64,000 bases of DNA from Chrysomallon squamiferum (GCA_012295275.1 CM022670.1:33542001-33606000); one strand, 5' to 3'. Positions 12,465 through 25,320 are shown, counted from the stretch's first letter. The notes: a model not told the origin generated them from the sequence alone. Numbers and translations: made by a program.

Positions 12465-12798
12465 GTGACTTCCATCTCCACACACGATCCGTGTAGTAGA
12501 GCGTTTGTTTCGTTGCTGACGTCTTTGTCACAGTTTCGTGATGTCGTCTTGAATGCGCTGTCATCTGTCGTGTCGACGTGTTTCGTGTTCTCGTTGTACA
12601 GTTGTTGTTGTACAACATTGTTTGTGTCGACGTGTTTCGTGTTCTTTGTTGTACAACACTGTCGTGCTGTTGCTGTTGGGGTTTTTTTTCACAGCTTGTC
12701 TATGTCTGAACATGTCTGTACACTGTCTTGTAGTAAAATAATGGTTAGTCGCAATCTTCGTGTTGATGAAATGAATGTAAACAAAGACGAGCAAAAAA

Positions 12799-12874
<76 letters not shown>

Positions 12875-13994
12875 GAAATAAAGACAAAAATTAATAAAAT
12901 AAAATTAGAACTGCTTCAATATATGTTTTTTTGACGTGTTACTATAAAATATATGCACAGATACTTATATTTTTTTAACAAAAATAATAATACCCAGTTT
13001 TCATTAATTTCAGAATATAAACCACATTTTCCTTCCAATCGTTGATTATTAGTAACTGAAAAGCAATAAACAAAATAAAATTTATTTAAAACAAATATAC
13101 ATTTTGTTTTTAATTTATTTCATTACTTACAATCCTTACAATTCCTTCACTGTAAAATTATTATTAAAAAAAATAAAGCAAAAATGAATAGCAGTGTTTA
13201 AGATTAGCGGCTTCACATTTTCTATATTTTGTAATGCAGGGTTAAAGAAAAGAATTAAAAAATGAAATGTATGTAAATATATAGAAAGTAAAGAAATTAA
13301 AAACACGACTGCTGAAATATGAAGTTACAAAGAGGTAAACGGTTATCTATTTTTATATATATATATTTCATTGCTCTTTATCTTTCAGCTTTTGATATGG
13401 AGTCAAAGTCACAAGTATACCATCATCGACCTATTAATCAAAAAAATATATATATTTAGTGTTTATTACGAGTATGTTCATAGATTCAGAAATACTTATT
13501 TTAAATCTTTTAGAAATTGTTAACATCAAACTGGACATGATACACATTTCTTGGTCAGATAATTTTATGTTGCCATAAGAAGAATACTTGAAATGTTCTC
13601 TGATGGAAACGTACCCATATTCATAGCAATATTCCTTTCAAGAATATAATATACGTATATATAAATTTAACATTATAAATAATGATGAAAAATTATTCGA
13701 TCTTGAGTTATTAAACCAACATAATCAGTTAGGATCCGAACGCATACCAAACGATCAAGAACATATACGTTTTTATAATAATATTTGTAACACCGTTTCA
13801 GAATATAAATTTAGTATTTAAATATTAAAACATAACATTATTTTTCAAATCCTTTTGACCTTTTATGTCTAAGATATTTTTTTAATGTTTAAGAAATAGA
13901 TATTTTGAAGGTGGTGTTCTTGTGACTGTTACAGATCTTGCATGCATATTTTTTTCCGCTTTAAGCTGCACAATACCTTTAATCCTTTATACAG

Positions 13995-14106
13995 AGAGTT
14001 GGTAATGGCCATTTCGATGACAGCATGCGATCTGTGTGCCATGTATAAACCATGGAAAACGCAGCTCCACCTTGTCAATATCATAATGGAAGAGTTTTGG
14101 CAACAG
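13995..14106 (+). CDS. PDE10: PDE10-like mutually exclusive exon, variant b (TACDL...IMEEFW)
   Basis: ttatacag|A...CAG|gtatga, 112 nt, phase 2-0. ELVMAISMTACDLCAMYKPWKTQLHLVNIIMEEFWQQ; paralogous to 12353-12464. Confidence 0.92.
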
Positions 14107-14907
14107 GTATGACTGTACATTTGAATATTAAAAAAAAAAAAAGGGAAATATATAACCACAACCCATTGTACGTTTAGTGTTCGTCAAAGCATGGGTAATT
14201 TTTTATTTTCCAGTAGAATATTCATACAACGTTTATTTTATTTTATTTTATTTTATTTTATTTTATTTTATTTGATCATTCTGAGTATTTACGAAAAAAA
14301 AAAATTATATATATATATATATCAGAGCACTTAGATTGCATGATTGATTTATATTTTAATATATATCCTGAAACTGAGATAAAAAAATTTAATATATTTT
14401 TGTATAAATTAATTCACCATCTCAAGAGAAAATATTACTTAAACAGTTTTAAGTTTCATACATTTTGTTGCATGATATTTCCTAAGGAACGATTAATTAA
14501 TTAAATGAAAAAAAAAAAAAAAAAAAAAAAAATGTTTTAATACAGTATAAGAAATTGCATGTTTCATCGTATCTACGAGGGAAAACAATATATAATAAAT
14601 ATATAACGTATTTGATGTATTCAACATACTGATGTTGTTTGTATAAGTAATTGGTATACACGTATTTCTGTTTCAGCTTGTACTTCTTTGTACGGCATGC
14701 GATTCGATTCATGTTATAAAATGGATATATGTATGGCTTCAAATGCCATTTTGATTAATTCAAGATTTTTAATATGTTGAGAATTAGTAGAATAACTTAA
14801 TATTCAATTAATTAATGCTTTTTTCAGATACACTTGAATATTTTAGTATGAATTTATGAATAATAATAATAAAAAATTGTATTGTATGATATCTGTATAT
14901 CAGCCCC

Positions 14908-14988
<81 letters not shown>

Positions 14989-15117
14989 TTAGATAAGATA
15001 AGCAATATTTGTTTTTGGAAATAATGTATTTATTAATTACCGGAGTTCATTATGTCATTTGCATCATTGAGAATAGTATTGTCTAGAACTAGTTTTAGTT
15101 TTAACTATGTATGTCAG

Positions 15118-15198
15118 GGTGATGAAGAGAAAGCTAAAGGGATGACACCAATGCCCATGATGGACAGAGAAAAGAGACACGAGCTGCCACAGCTGGAG
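15118..15198 (+). CDS. PDE10: PDE10-like catalytic exon (M-loop, PMMDR)
   Basis: tgtcag|GGT...GAG|gtagat, phase 0-0. GDEEKAKGMTPMPMMDREKRHELPQLE versus PDE10A [27 protein letters not shown]. Confidence 0.95.
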
Positions 15199-15448
15199 GT
15201 AGATTTATTTATATATACAATATTTTACTATATGTCATTAAGAAATGATCTAATACACATTTTATATATATATAAAAAATATAAAAATAACAGTTCAGTA
15301 GTTATGAGACAAAATTATTAGAATTTGTATTTCATCTTGAATATATTTTGTTTCCATATTCCAGATGACGCTTGCTTTTATTGTTAAAAATTCATTTTAT
15401 ATCCCGATACATATACATTTCCTATAGATCGCATATGCGTACACATAC

Positions 15449-15491
<43 letters not shown>

Positions 15492-15617
15492 TCACTCACT
15501 CACTCATCCTCCTAACACTCATACACACATGTTCATTACTTTATACATCTATACATACACATAATTACACATATATATACATGCATGCATACATACATAC
15601 ATACATACATACATACA

Positions 15618-15649
<32 letters not shown>

Positions 15650-15811
15650 CATGTAAATATATCAAGTAATAATAGTTCTTCTCAAAATTACAATGAATCC
15701 AACAATAAGTTTATAAATTTATAAGCGTGTTAATTTATGTTCATACGTATTTACTTTACATAAAATTCAGCACATTTAAAGATTCAGTAACAGCTATTTC
15801 TTCCCATTCAG

Positions 15812-15900
15812 GTTGGATTCATTGTTGGAATATGCTTGCCTTGTTATCAGATTCTTGCTGATGTTTTGGTGGAAACAAAACCAATGGTTGAAGGTGCTTT
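15812..15900 (+). CDS. PDE10: PDE10-like catalytic exon
   Basis: cccattcag|GTT...TT|gtgagt, phase 0-2. VGFIVGICLPCYQILADVLVETKPMVEGAL. Confidence 0.94.
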
Positions 15901-16516
15901 GTGAGTATCTTTTAGTTCAATTGCTTTTGTTATCAGAATTACAGTTATGCACTTGAAATGACACAGTATTAATATTTTGTTAACACTTTGATATTATTGT
16001 TGATTCCTTTCATTTAGAACTGTGATATTCCAGAACGTCCTAAATCAATTTTGAATAAATTTGATTCACAACAGTAAAAAGTTATATAAAAAATTACAGC
16101 CTTATATAGTTATTTTAATTTATGCATAATTTGTCATGGAATTAAAATGATGATGACAATGAAAATATATTACAACTACTAGTCTGTTACTATTACTACT
16201 TTTATTAACGCAATTATCACTACTTCAGCTATTACTACTAATGCCACTATTATTAATAATATTACCAATTACAAATATTGTTACTACTGCCTCTACTACT
16301 AGTACTGCTATTACTACTACTACTAGTAGTACTACTACTATTACTACTACTACTACCACCACTAATACTACTATTATTACTACTACTACTGTTGCTACTG
16401 CAACAACTACACCTGCTACAATTCGATTACAATTAGTACTATTAACACTACTACTACTATCTCTACTATTATTACTACTGGTAAGATTGTCAAACAGTCG
16501 TACTTTTATTTAACAG

Positions 16517-16652
16517 AGCAAATCTGAAGAAATGGAAAGAGCTGGCTGCGGAGAATAAGATGATCAAAGACAAGGCAGATTCTGAACAAGACGCCATTGA
16601 AGAAAGTTCAAAAAATGGCGGCGAAAACGCGGTAAACGTCAGCGACACATGA
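16517..16652 (+). CDS. PDE10: PDE10-like terminal coding exon
   Basis: ttttatttaacag|A GCA AAT CTG AAG AAA TGG gives the NxxxW end of the PDE domain, then KELAAENKMIKDKADSEQDAIEESSKNGGENAVNVSDT and TGA at 16650-16652. Summed exons with one MXE = 1402 nt = 1 nt + 467 codons. Confidence 0.9.
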
Positions 16653-17969
16653 TGACGACTGTCGAGAGAACAAATCGGTGATGCCTTGGAAATCGTCTTC
16701 AAATCAGATATTTATTGGTAACAGATGACCGATGATGGCAGGGAACTGGTTCAGTGTTTCGTCACACACGTAAAAAAATGTTGTATTCTATCTGGCAATA
16801 AGTTCTATTTTTTGTATTCGTTCATCGTCATTGAAAACTGATCAGTGTGTTTGCAAAAACAAATTATTATCATAAACGTGTTTACGTCTTGCACCGGACA
16901 ATAATGTACTTGATTTTGATGTTTTGTTTTTTAACGTATTAAAGCACTATACAGTGGCAGGGACGTTTGATGTTTTCTCAGGCATTTCTAATACATTAAA
17001 CAAGAATCAGTTGAAGCTTGCTATTGTATTAATTATAACACGGAGTCAAACTGGAGATACACACTGCTCTTTGTTTAGTATTACTAACCGAAAACATGAT
17101 TTGGTTTTCAGATAACCATTTCGAAAACCTCTTAAAAGTATTTACATACATATTATATGAATTCCCAAAATCTCATCCTTTTACTTTGCTTTATACATAC
17201 ATACATACATACATACATACATACATACATAAATATATACATACATACATACATACATACACACATACATACATATATACACACACACATACATGCATAT
17301 ATATATATATACATGCATGCATACATATATATTTACACACACATACATACACACATACAATATATACAATATAATAAAATATTTAATCCAATAAAGATAA
17401 CAATAAAAACAAAAATCTAGCAGAAAAATTAAAAACATGACATTAAATGGCAGCTCTTAACCTGATATTATTGATTTAAAAACATATTTTTTACTTTTTG
17501 ATGGCCAGTGAATTTTCATACGTTATTTTGATTAGGACAATATACTTTCATAATTCAGCATGCACTTACAATATTTAATCATTTCTGAGTATTGACAGAT
17601 GCTTATCTTATTTATTTATTAAAAAATTGAAAATAACATATGCAAGCAAAGGCCTGTGAAAAGAGAAATATAAGCAATATTGAAGAAATGGTTTGGAATG
17701 TTTATTCGACAACAACGACAGAAACGAGATTTTATTAGCTGCACAGAACGATAACAAAATAATCTGTACGATTCGAAATCAAATCCAATGTGTGTGTTTT
17801 AAGAACTTGTAATTTTATAAGTGGCAACAGCGACATTTATGACATTGTTAAATAAAACAGAAAAGATTTTTTAACTCGGAAATATTGATAAATGGACTGA
17901 AAACTAAGAAGAGAGAAGCGGCATTGTGGACATGGATCAGATTTACAAATTCAGTTGAGTTACATCATG

Positions 17970-18011
<42 letters not shown>

Positions 18012-18014
18012 GAG

Positions 18015-18410
18015 GTAGCCAAAATTATAACAAAACACCAGTGCGATATTTACAACAACAACGACAACAACAAAAGCCAAAATTATTGTGAAAACACTTT
18101 ACACTTGTGTGTTAGTTACAAAAAAAAAAAAACAAAAAAAAAAAAAAAAAAAAAAAAAAAACAAAACAAAAAAAAAAAAGAACCTCAATGGTAGCCAAAA
18201 ATTATAAGAAGAAACATATCACACGTGTTGGCTTGTAGTAAAGACAAGACTCATAGCCAAAATTATCTTGAAAAACTTTGACATTTGTGTGCTAGTTACA
18301 AAAACCCCCCACCTAAGTGATATGCAGAATTGTTGTGAAAACACGTGAAAGTTGGGCGTTTGTTGCAAAGAAATAAAGAGTGGTGAACAAAACTATCGAA
18401 AAAACACGAT
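18015..18410. repeat. degenerate AGCCAAAATTAT-anchored repeat interrupted by poly(A) runs
   Basis: AGCCAAAA(A)TTAT at 18017, 18075, 18193 and 18255; two copies continue TGAAAA...TTGTGTG.TAGTTACAAAAA. Confidence 0.7.
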
Positions 18411-19364
18411 AAACTCAGAGGAGAGCTTCGCTTGTTCATCGCATATTCGTGTTTGACGTCGCTAATGACACTGGATGAAGTCGTCGTGTACATGCGTACA
18501 AAAGCAATCTGTAAAATAACTGTTTTGTCTCTGCTATAATTGTACGATATTTGTTTCTATGGTGCAGCTTGATGTGTGAAATGTTGCTACAAGTGTCGTT
18601 GTGAATACGAACACTGACTTCAGATTGTTATTCACTGTCAAGCACCTTTGTGTTTTGTACTGCTCACCAGTGTCTTCTGTTTCTGTGACAGAAATAAAAG
18701 CTGTTGTAACGGTTCATATCATTGCACTGACTTACTGCATGATTCAGCTAACAAATGATTTTATAGTTTGGATTTGACGAAAAAACGGCACAATTCTGTT
18801 TTTATATATATATATACAGTTGTAGAGGTTATTTCTGTTTGTACATTTTTCGTAATTAATAAAATATGTTTATACTTTGTGATACTGGCTATGACAGAAT
18901 GACTGAATAGATTTTTTATTATGTTATAGCCTTGTGCTGAGTGTCTAATGTAAGAAAGTGTGATTGTTTATATTGTTTTAAAATTTATTTTAAAATGAAT
19001 ATCATCAGTTATTAATTTAAAAAAATAAAAATTAAAAATTAAAAATTAAAAAAATTAGTATATACAACGAGGGTCCGTATCAGTCCATATGTAAAAACGA
19101 AAAAGAAAAGAAGAAAAGAAAACTAAATATAAATAAATAAATAAATAATTAAATAAAATAAAAAAAAAAAAAAAATAATAATAAAAATAGAATCAGTAAC
19201 ACATATTAATAAAACAAAAACATATTTTGATTCCCTGACAATAACTTTGTAATGAACTGTGATTAATTAATGTGATTTTTGCCAAAGTTACCCCATTTTA
19301 AACTCTTTTTTTCTTTCATTCTGAAAAAAATAATGTATTTACATACATATATACACACAGACAC

Positions 19365-19454
<90 letters not shown>

Positions 19455-20827
19455 TGTGTGTGTGTGTGTGTATATACAGTTATATATATATACATATTTA
19501 TATGGAATATTGTATATATGTGTGAGTGTGCCAATAATAATTTTGCATATGGCTTACCTAATGTGTAAGAAATATGCAGTTATTATATGTTTACAGATAT
19601 TCGGTATAGAATTTATAATAAATGTATTTTCTGAATATATGGACAATGCTGTAGGTAGTAATATATATTTAAAAAGATTCTAAACTGAATGTAAATAAAA
19701 CAGTTACCATTATTTATTTATATTGCAGCGTATTTGTAAAAAGTGCTGTTGTTGACATATCTGTGCTGTGTTTTTTTTTATTCCAAATGTCATTTAATAA
19801 TTACTTTATGCATTCCTCTGTGATAAATTCAAAGTCGTTTTATTTAATCCTGTATTAGGTTATATTTCACGTATGTACATGTATTAGCGTGCGGGTAAAC
19901 GAAGTTGGCATTGTTAAAATTAACTTTTGTATATAATATAATAATAAACTTATAAAATATAATAATAAATTGAAAATATTTATATATAGCAGTAATATAT
20001 ATAATTTAAAAGAAATGGGAAAATTTCTAATTACTGTACATTATTTTATTTATTTTTGTTTTTAGTTTATTTCGGTCTCGTATTTTAATTTATGTTTTAT
20101 TTTAACTGATATATTTATTCTTTAATTATTTATTTCTTCTTCATTTTCTTCTGTTATTGTTACTAATACTACAACTACTACTACCACTACTACTACTATA
20201 CTATTATTATTATTAATATTATTATTATCTGAAGTATTATTTTGTTAATTCATTCATTCATTCAGAAATCCTTTGATTAATTTCATTAAATTCAACATTC
20301 ATGATATTTACTTCGGTTACATAATACCGAATTCTCGCTTTTAACATTATGTCCAACTAATTACCTGACTTATTAATTAACCAGAAACTAATCATGTTTA
20401 TCTATGACAGTATAACTGAGGAATTTTAATTACTAACCTGTTTTAAGCAAAGTTTATTATTGTTTAGTTTTTATAATGATCGTTTTCCTTTCACAAAAGG
20501 AAATAGTATTTCTGACATATTATGTCTGATGTTAAAATGGTTATGTTGTTTACTGTGTTACAAAAAAATTATGTTGAAATAAAATACTAATACATGGAAA
20601 CGGGTTTTGTAAGTCTAATTTAAACACGAAGAAAACGATGAAAAGAAGAATGTTTTTTTTTTTTCTTTTTTAAAGCTAACTCCAGCTCGTGGATTCAGTA
20701 CTTCCGAGTGATAGAAGGGGAAACTACTCGTACCACTCTGAATTTAATATCTTTAATGTTTATCTTGAAACTGAAAAGTGACGTCATTTACATGAAACCT
20801 ATGCGTTTTTATCTATGGCATTGCAGA

Positions 20828-20873
<46 letters not shown>

Positions 20874-21233
20874 TTTCTCTTTTATCTGTTTGCTTGTCTG
20901 ACTATCCATTCATTCATCACTCCAGCCTTCTGATATCTTACTCATTTCTATTGTATCCATCAGTAAGTACATACTGATACAGGTATGTGTTAATTTAAAC
21001 TGTTTGGGTTTCAGCTGCTTAGTTTATTTAGTTGTAGTTCTTCTTGTAAGATATACACGCACGCACATATATTTTCATACATACATACATTCATACGTAC
21101 ATACAAACATACATGCGTACGTAATATGTGTGTAGGTGTGTTTGTGTATGTGTGTGTACACACATAGTCAGACAAACACATACATACATACAAACATACA
21201 TATACATACATACATGCATACGTATATATGTGT

Positions 21234-21264
<31 letters not shown>

Positions 21265-23712
21265 GTATGTATGTACACACACATACAGTCACACACACAC
21301 ACACACATACATACATACATACATACATACATACACACATACATACATACATACATTTATACACATACATAAACACATACAAACATACACCATCATTACA
21401 TTTTTGTATAAACTGTTTGAATTTTTTGTTTATATTTTTGATAAATATTTTATATGTCGCACGAACATAAACCGGATTTTTATTATTACTACTATTAACT
21501 ATTGTCGTTATGGTTGTTATGGTATAGCTGTGTAAGTGCGAGATACACGTGTTGCCTAATCAACAGATGACAACGAACAGTCGGTAGCAGAACTGCTTCG
21601 TACGTTATTTATTTATATTTTGTTGTTATCGCTGGTTACGGTCTCCACTACTAGTCTTTTGTATTCTGTGTATTATGCACAAAACACACACACAAGTACA
21701 TCTATTCCCACTTTCACGTATACACATATACACAACATACACTCAAATACCCGAGTATATTTGAGTTTATTGTGCTGAAGAAGAAGAAAACTTCTGTAAC
21801 ACTTCATACATGTCAATCCCCGTTAAAAGTACACGTTAACCACGTGTAACCCATATATCATTTACACCTCTGTGACATACTTTTATGTAAGGATGTTGAC
21901 ATATATGAACGTATGTTACGTACTTATATGAATGAGGGTGTACATGTGCCTGCGTGACAATGTGCATGCATGGATGTGTTTATGTATGCATGTATGAATG
22001 TATTTTTACATATGTATGTTGGGATCTGAATATTCTCTGTGTTATGCACGTCTGAATAGACTCTGCACACAAACAATATTCGGGAACGCACTGGTGCAGG
22101 AGGACAAAGTTCCGTGACGATCTCTCAAACCCTATTAGATGCCGTTGACGAAACTCGAACGTATGACAACCATTTGCCAGCACTCCGGAGGCAGACGACG
22201 TTACCGTTCGACCATCAAGACAATCCTTTATATATGTGTGTGTGTGTGCGTGCGCGTGCGCGTGCATGTGCGTGTGTGTGTGTATATATATATATATGTG
22301 TATGTATCTGTATATGAATGAGTGTATATATATGTGTATGCATGTATGTATGCATGTATATATGTATGTATGTATGAATGTATTTATGTGCATGTGCATA
22401 TATGTGTATGAAGGAATATATATATATGTGTGTTTATGTGTGTGTACATGTATTTATATATGTATGTATGTATAAACTGAGTATCAGAAAGTTACAAACA
22501 GATTTCTATAATTATGGACATAAAACATTTTCAAGTTGTAAATCAAATATTTGAAACAACACTGATCACACATCATTTGCATTGTCAGTGCTAACATTAA
22601 CTGAAAACAAAAACCCAGCTCCTTTTGATTTCTCTTTTATTATTTAATGTGTTAAAAGTGCTCGGACGAAAATACACTAATTTATTGGGCGGGACATTTA
22701 TCAGACATCAGTTGTTTTATTACAGCCATTTTTTTTTTTTTTTATGTACTAACAACAAAGTACCGAGATGAAATTACTGGACAGAGCGAGAGCTCGCGCG
22801 CTAGCAGTTATTACATCATTCACTCTCATTTGTCGTCTGAAGGCCAAAAATAACTCGACGCCATATTACTCCGTCATTAGCCACAGACTCGGAGCGTTTA
22901 AGCTTTATTATTTTGACACTCACGCGCTATCGTCCTTTTAAATGCCAGTGCTTCTTTACAACCGTATTTGGAAACACTAATATCATTGCGGTTATAAGAT
23001 AAGTCTCAAATTCCGTGGCCAGACATGCCCGCAGCAGCTTCTACGGAAAAGAGTCTTAATTAGTGAGTTGTCTTGTCTAACCCACTGGCAGTGTGTGTAT
23101 TCTTCTGGTCACCTCAGACGTCAGATTTCATCGATCTTTGATGATTGGAATAGTTTGTTTCTTGGGTCATTCTTTCCTTGTTTCTGTTTCCTGGACCTAA
23201 ATTTCAAAACAAATGTCAACAACAATGACAGCAATAGAGGCAGTTATATATATTATTAACTGATGATTTTTTATTTTTTTTTTTTTTTTTTGTCTGTCTC
23301 AAAATTTATTTTATTGATTTAAAATGTTTAATGTGTCGATACATCTGAAAAAAAATCATTTGGATAAACACACAAAATGATTTCTTGTCCCGTGCATGGA
23401 CCAAAATATAATCTTTCATTTTTTTCTTTCTTTTTTTTCTTTATGTTTTCCCAGTAAATTCATTTGATCGTGAATGTCAAATCTGCAACAGTAATATGTC
23501 CATATTCTGAATCCTGTTATCTTTTACGCGGCAGACAGAATTACATTTGATATGGTTTCAGTTTAAGATTATTGATATCTACTAATCCAGTTATGCTTTT
23601 GCCAAAAAAAAAAAAAAAAAAAAAGAGGGAAAAGCGGAATCTAACTCAAAATTAGCGTTAGAGTGGCTCTAATTGTTGTTATTATTATTATTTTAATTAT
23701 TGTTGTTGTTGC

Positions 23713-23743
<31 letters not shown>

Positions 23744-23856
23744 TTAATTATTGTTGTTGTTTCTGTTATTATTATTATTATTATTATTATTTTTTATTAT
23801 TATTATTGTTGTTGTTATTAGTATTAGCATTTTAATTAATATTATTGTCGTTGTTG

Positions 23857-23894
<38 letters not shown>

Positions 23895-24280
23895 TTAATT
23901 ATTGTTGTTGTTATTTTTATTATTAGTTTCAGTCTTATGACCTGGTTAGTTTCAGAGATTAAAAAGTGACAAAAAGGCGCAAATTGATATTAATTGATTA
24001 ATATGTCATCTTCACTAAGCTTGATCTTAATCATTTGACCTCAACGATTAGTAAATAAATACGAAAGTTAAAATATTTTAAATTATATTAAAATTACGTG
24101 TATTATATCATTAATTACTATGTCCAAAAAGTTATTTAATGATTTCGTCAAACATACATTTTACTATTTTTTGTTTTTGTTCTTTTTGTGTTTATTTGTT
24201 ACTCATTTTCAGTAATTTTCGATTTGATAATTACTAGTACCACTGAAAACTCACACACACACACACATATTTTAAAACCT

Positions 24281-24311
<31 letters not shown>

Positions 24312-24852
24312 TCTTATTAATTCCGTCGCAATCTTTCTTCAAGTCTTCGTCTTAACTTTCCCACAGTGTTTGTTTTTTCGGGGTTGGGGTTTCTGTTCTT
24401 TATATCTGTTTCTTCTTATCACCTCTCTTGTTCAACCAAGTAGCGTGTTTATTCCCGTGAGTTCAGTGTGAATTTCAACATTAACTTAATACTACTTGTT
24501 TGTCAAAATATACGGCTGGGAACTGTTTACCGTTCGGTGAGAACGTGCTGTGGTTGATTAGAGCAGTTACAGTTTCAAGATATCCAGGAAGAGACTTAGG
24601 ATATTGGCTTGAGGCGCCACAGATCTCTGGATCAATCCTCCGCGGGAAACTCATTAGCATGTCCCTCGATCCAGCCATCTCCCCATAGCTGATTCATAAA
24701 CTGCCTTTGTATGCACGGTAACATTAATTCCTAAAAAGGCAGCAAAAGCCTTTCTGTCTTATTTTATAATTTTACAAAGAAGAAGAGAAAAAATATGGTA
24801 TATGAGTTCGCTTTGAAATAGTGTGTACTGAGAATATACTGTGGTGTGGCAA

Positions 24853-24922
<70 letters not shown>

Positions 24923-25189
24923 ATATTTATTTTTCTGTCTATCCATTCGTTCATCAATCCATCCTTCTGATGCTATCGTATACCTCTCTTCGTCAGTAAT
25001 TAAATCGTTGCTGATTAGGTTACAAAAAACATATAATCAACGTTCAAACCGCTTCGCTCGGTTTTTCACAATAACATCTACTCGCTCTGTTTACATTTGT
25101 TTCACAGTTCAATTATGCCACGTACGTGTACTTCACAGCGCTGTCTACCTGATCCAGCAACAATCACGAGAATTTTATCTGTACAAACT

Positions 25190-25320
25190 CGCATTATATA
25201 ACACGAGATCTTGGTTACAAGGTCAAGCCACGTGGGCCACAACGGGGCCAAACAAACAGTTATGGCCCAGAAAGCCGCTGTCACGTGGCGAGTGTTTTCT
25301 GTTGTTATATAACTGTTTTA
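25190..25320. promoter_or_regulatory. candidate enhancer with paired E-boxes and PAR-like sites
   Basis: CACGTG 25229 and 25282, AGGTCA 25220, ATTATATAAC 25193, GTTATATAAC 25304. Confidence 0.4.

Noticed and set aside
12267-12809. 180-aa ORF as a standalone gene
   Set aside because: Only 12353-12464 is PDE-homologous; the rest is intronic and better explained by RNA structure.
13995-14106. Exon b as an assembly artefact or dead duplicate
   Set aside because: Too diverged at synonymous sites for a haplotype artefact, flanks are unrelated, and frame, length and splice sites are intact.
16653-20600. Exact poly(A) site of the PDE gene (likewise of the bZIP gene after 51330)
   Set aside because: AATAAA is too frequent in this AT-rich sequence to choose a site without transcript data.
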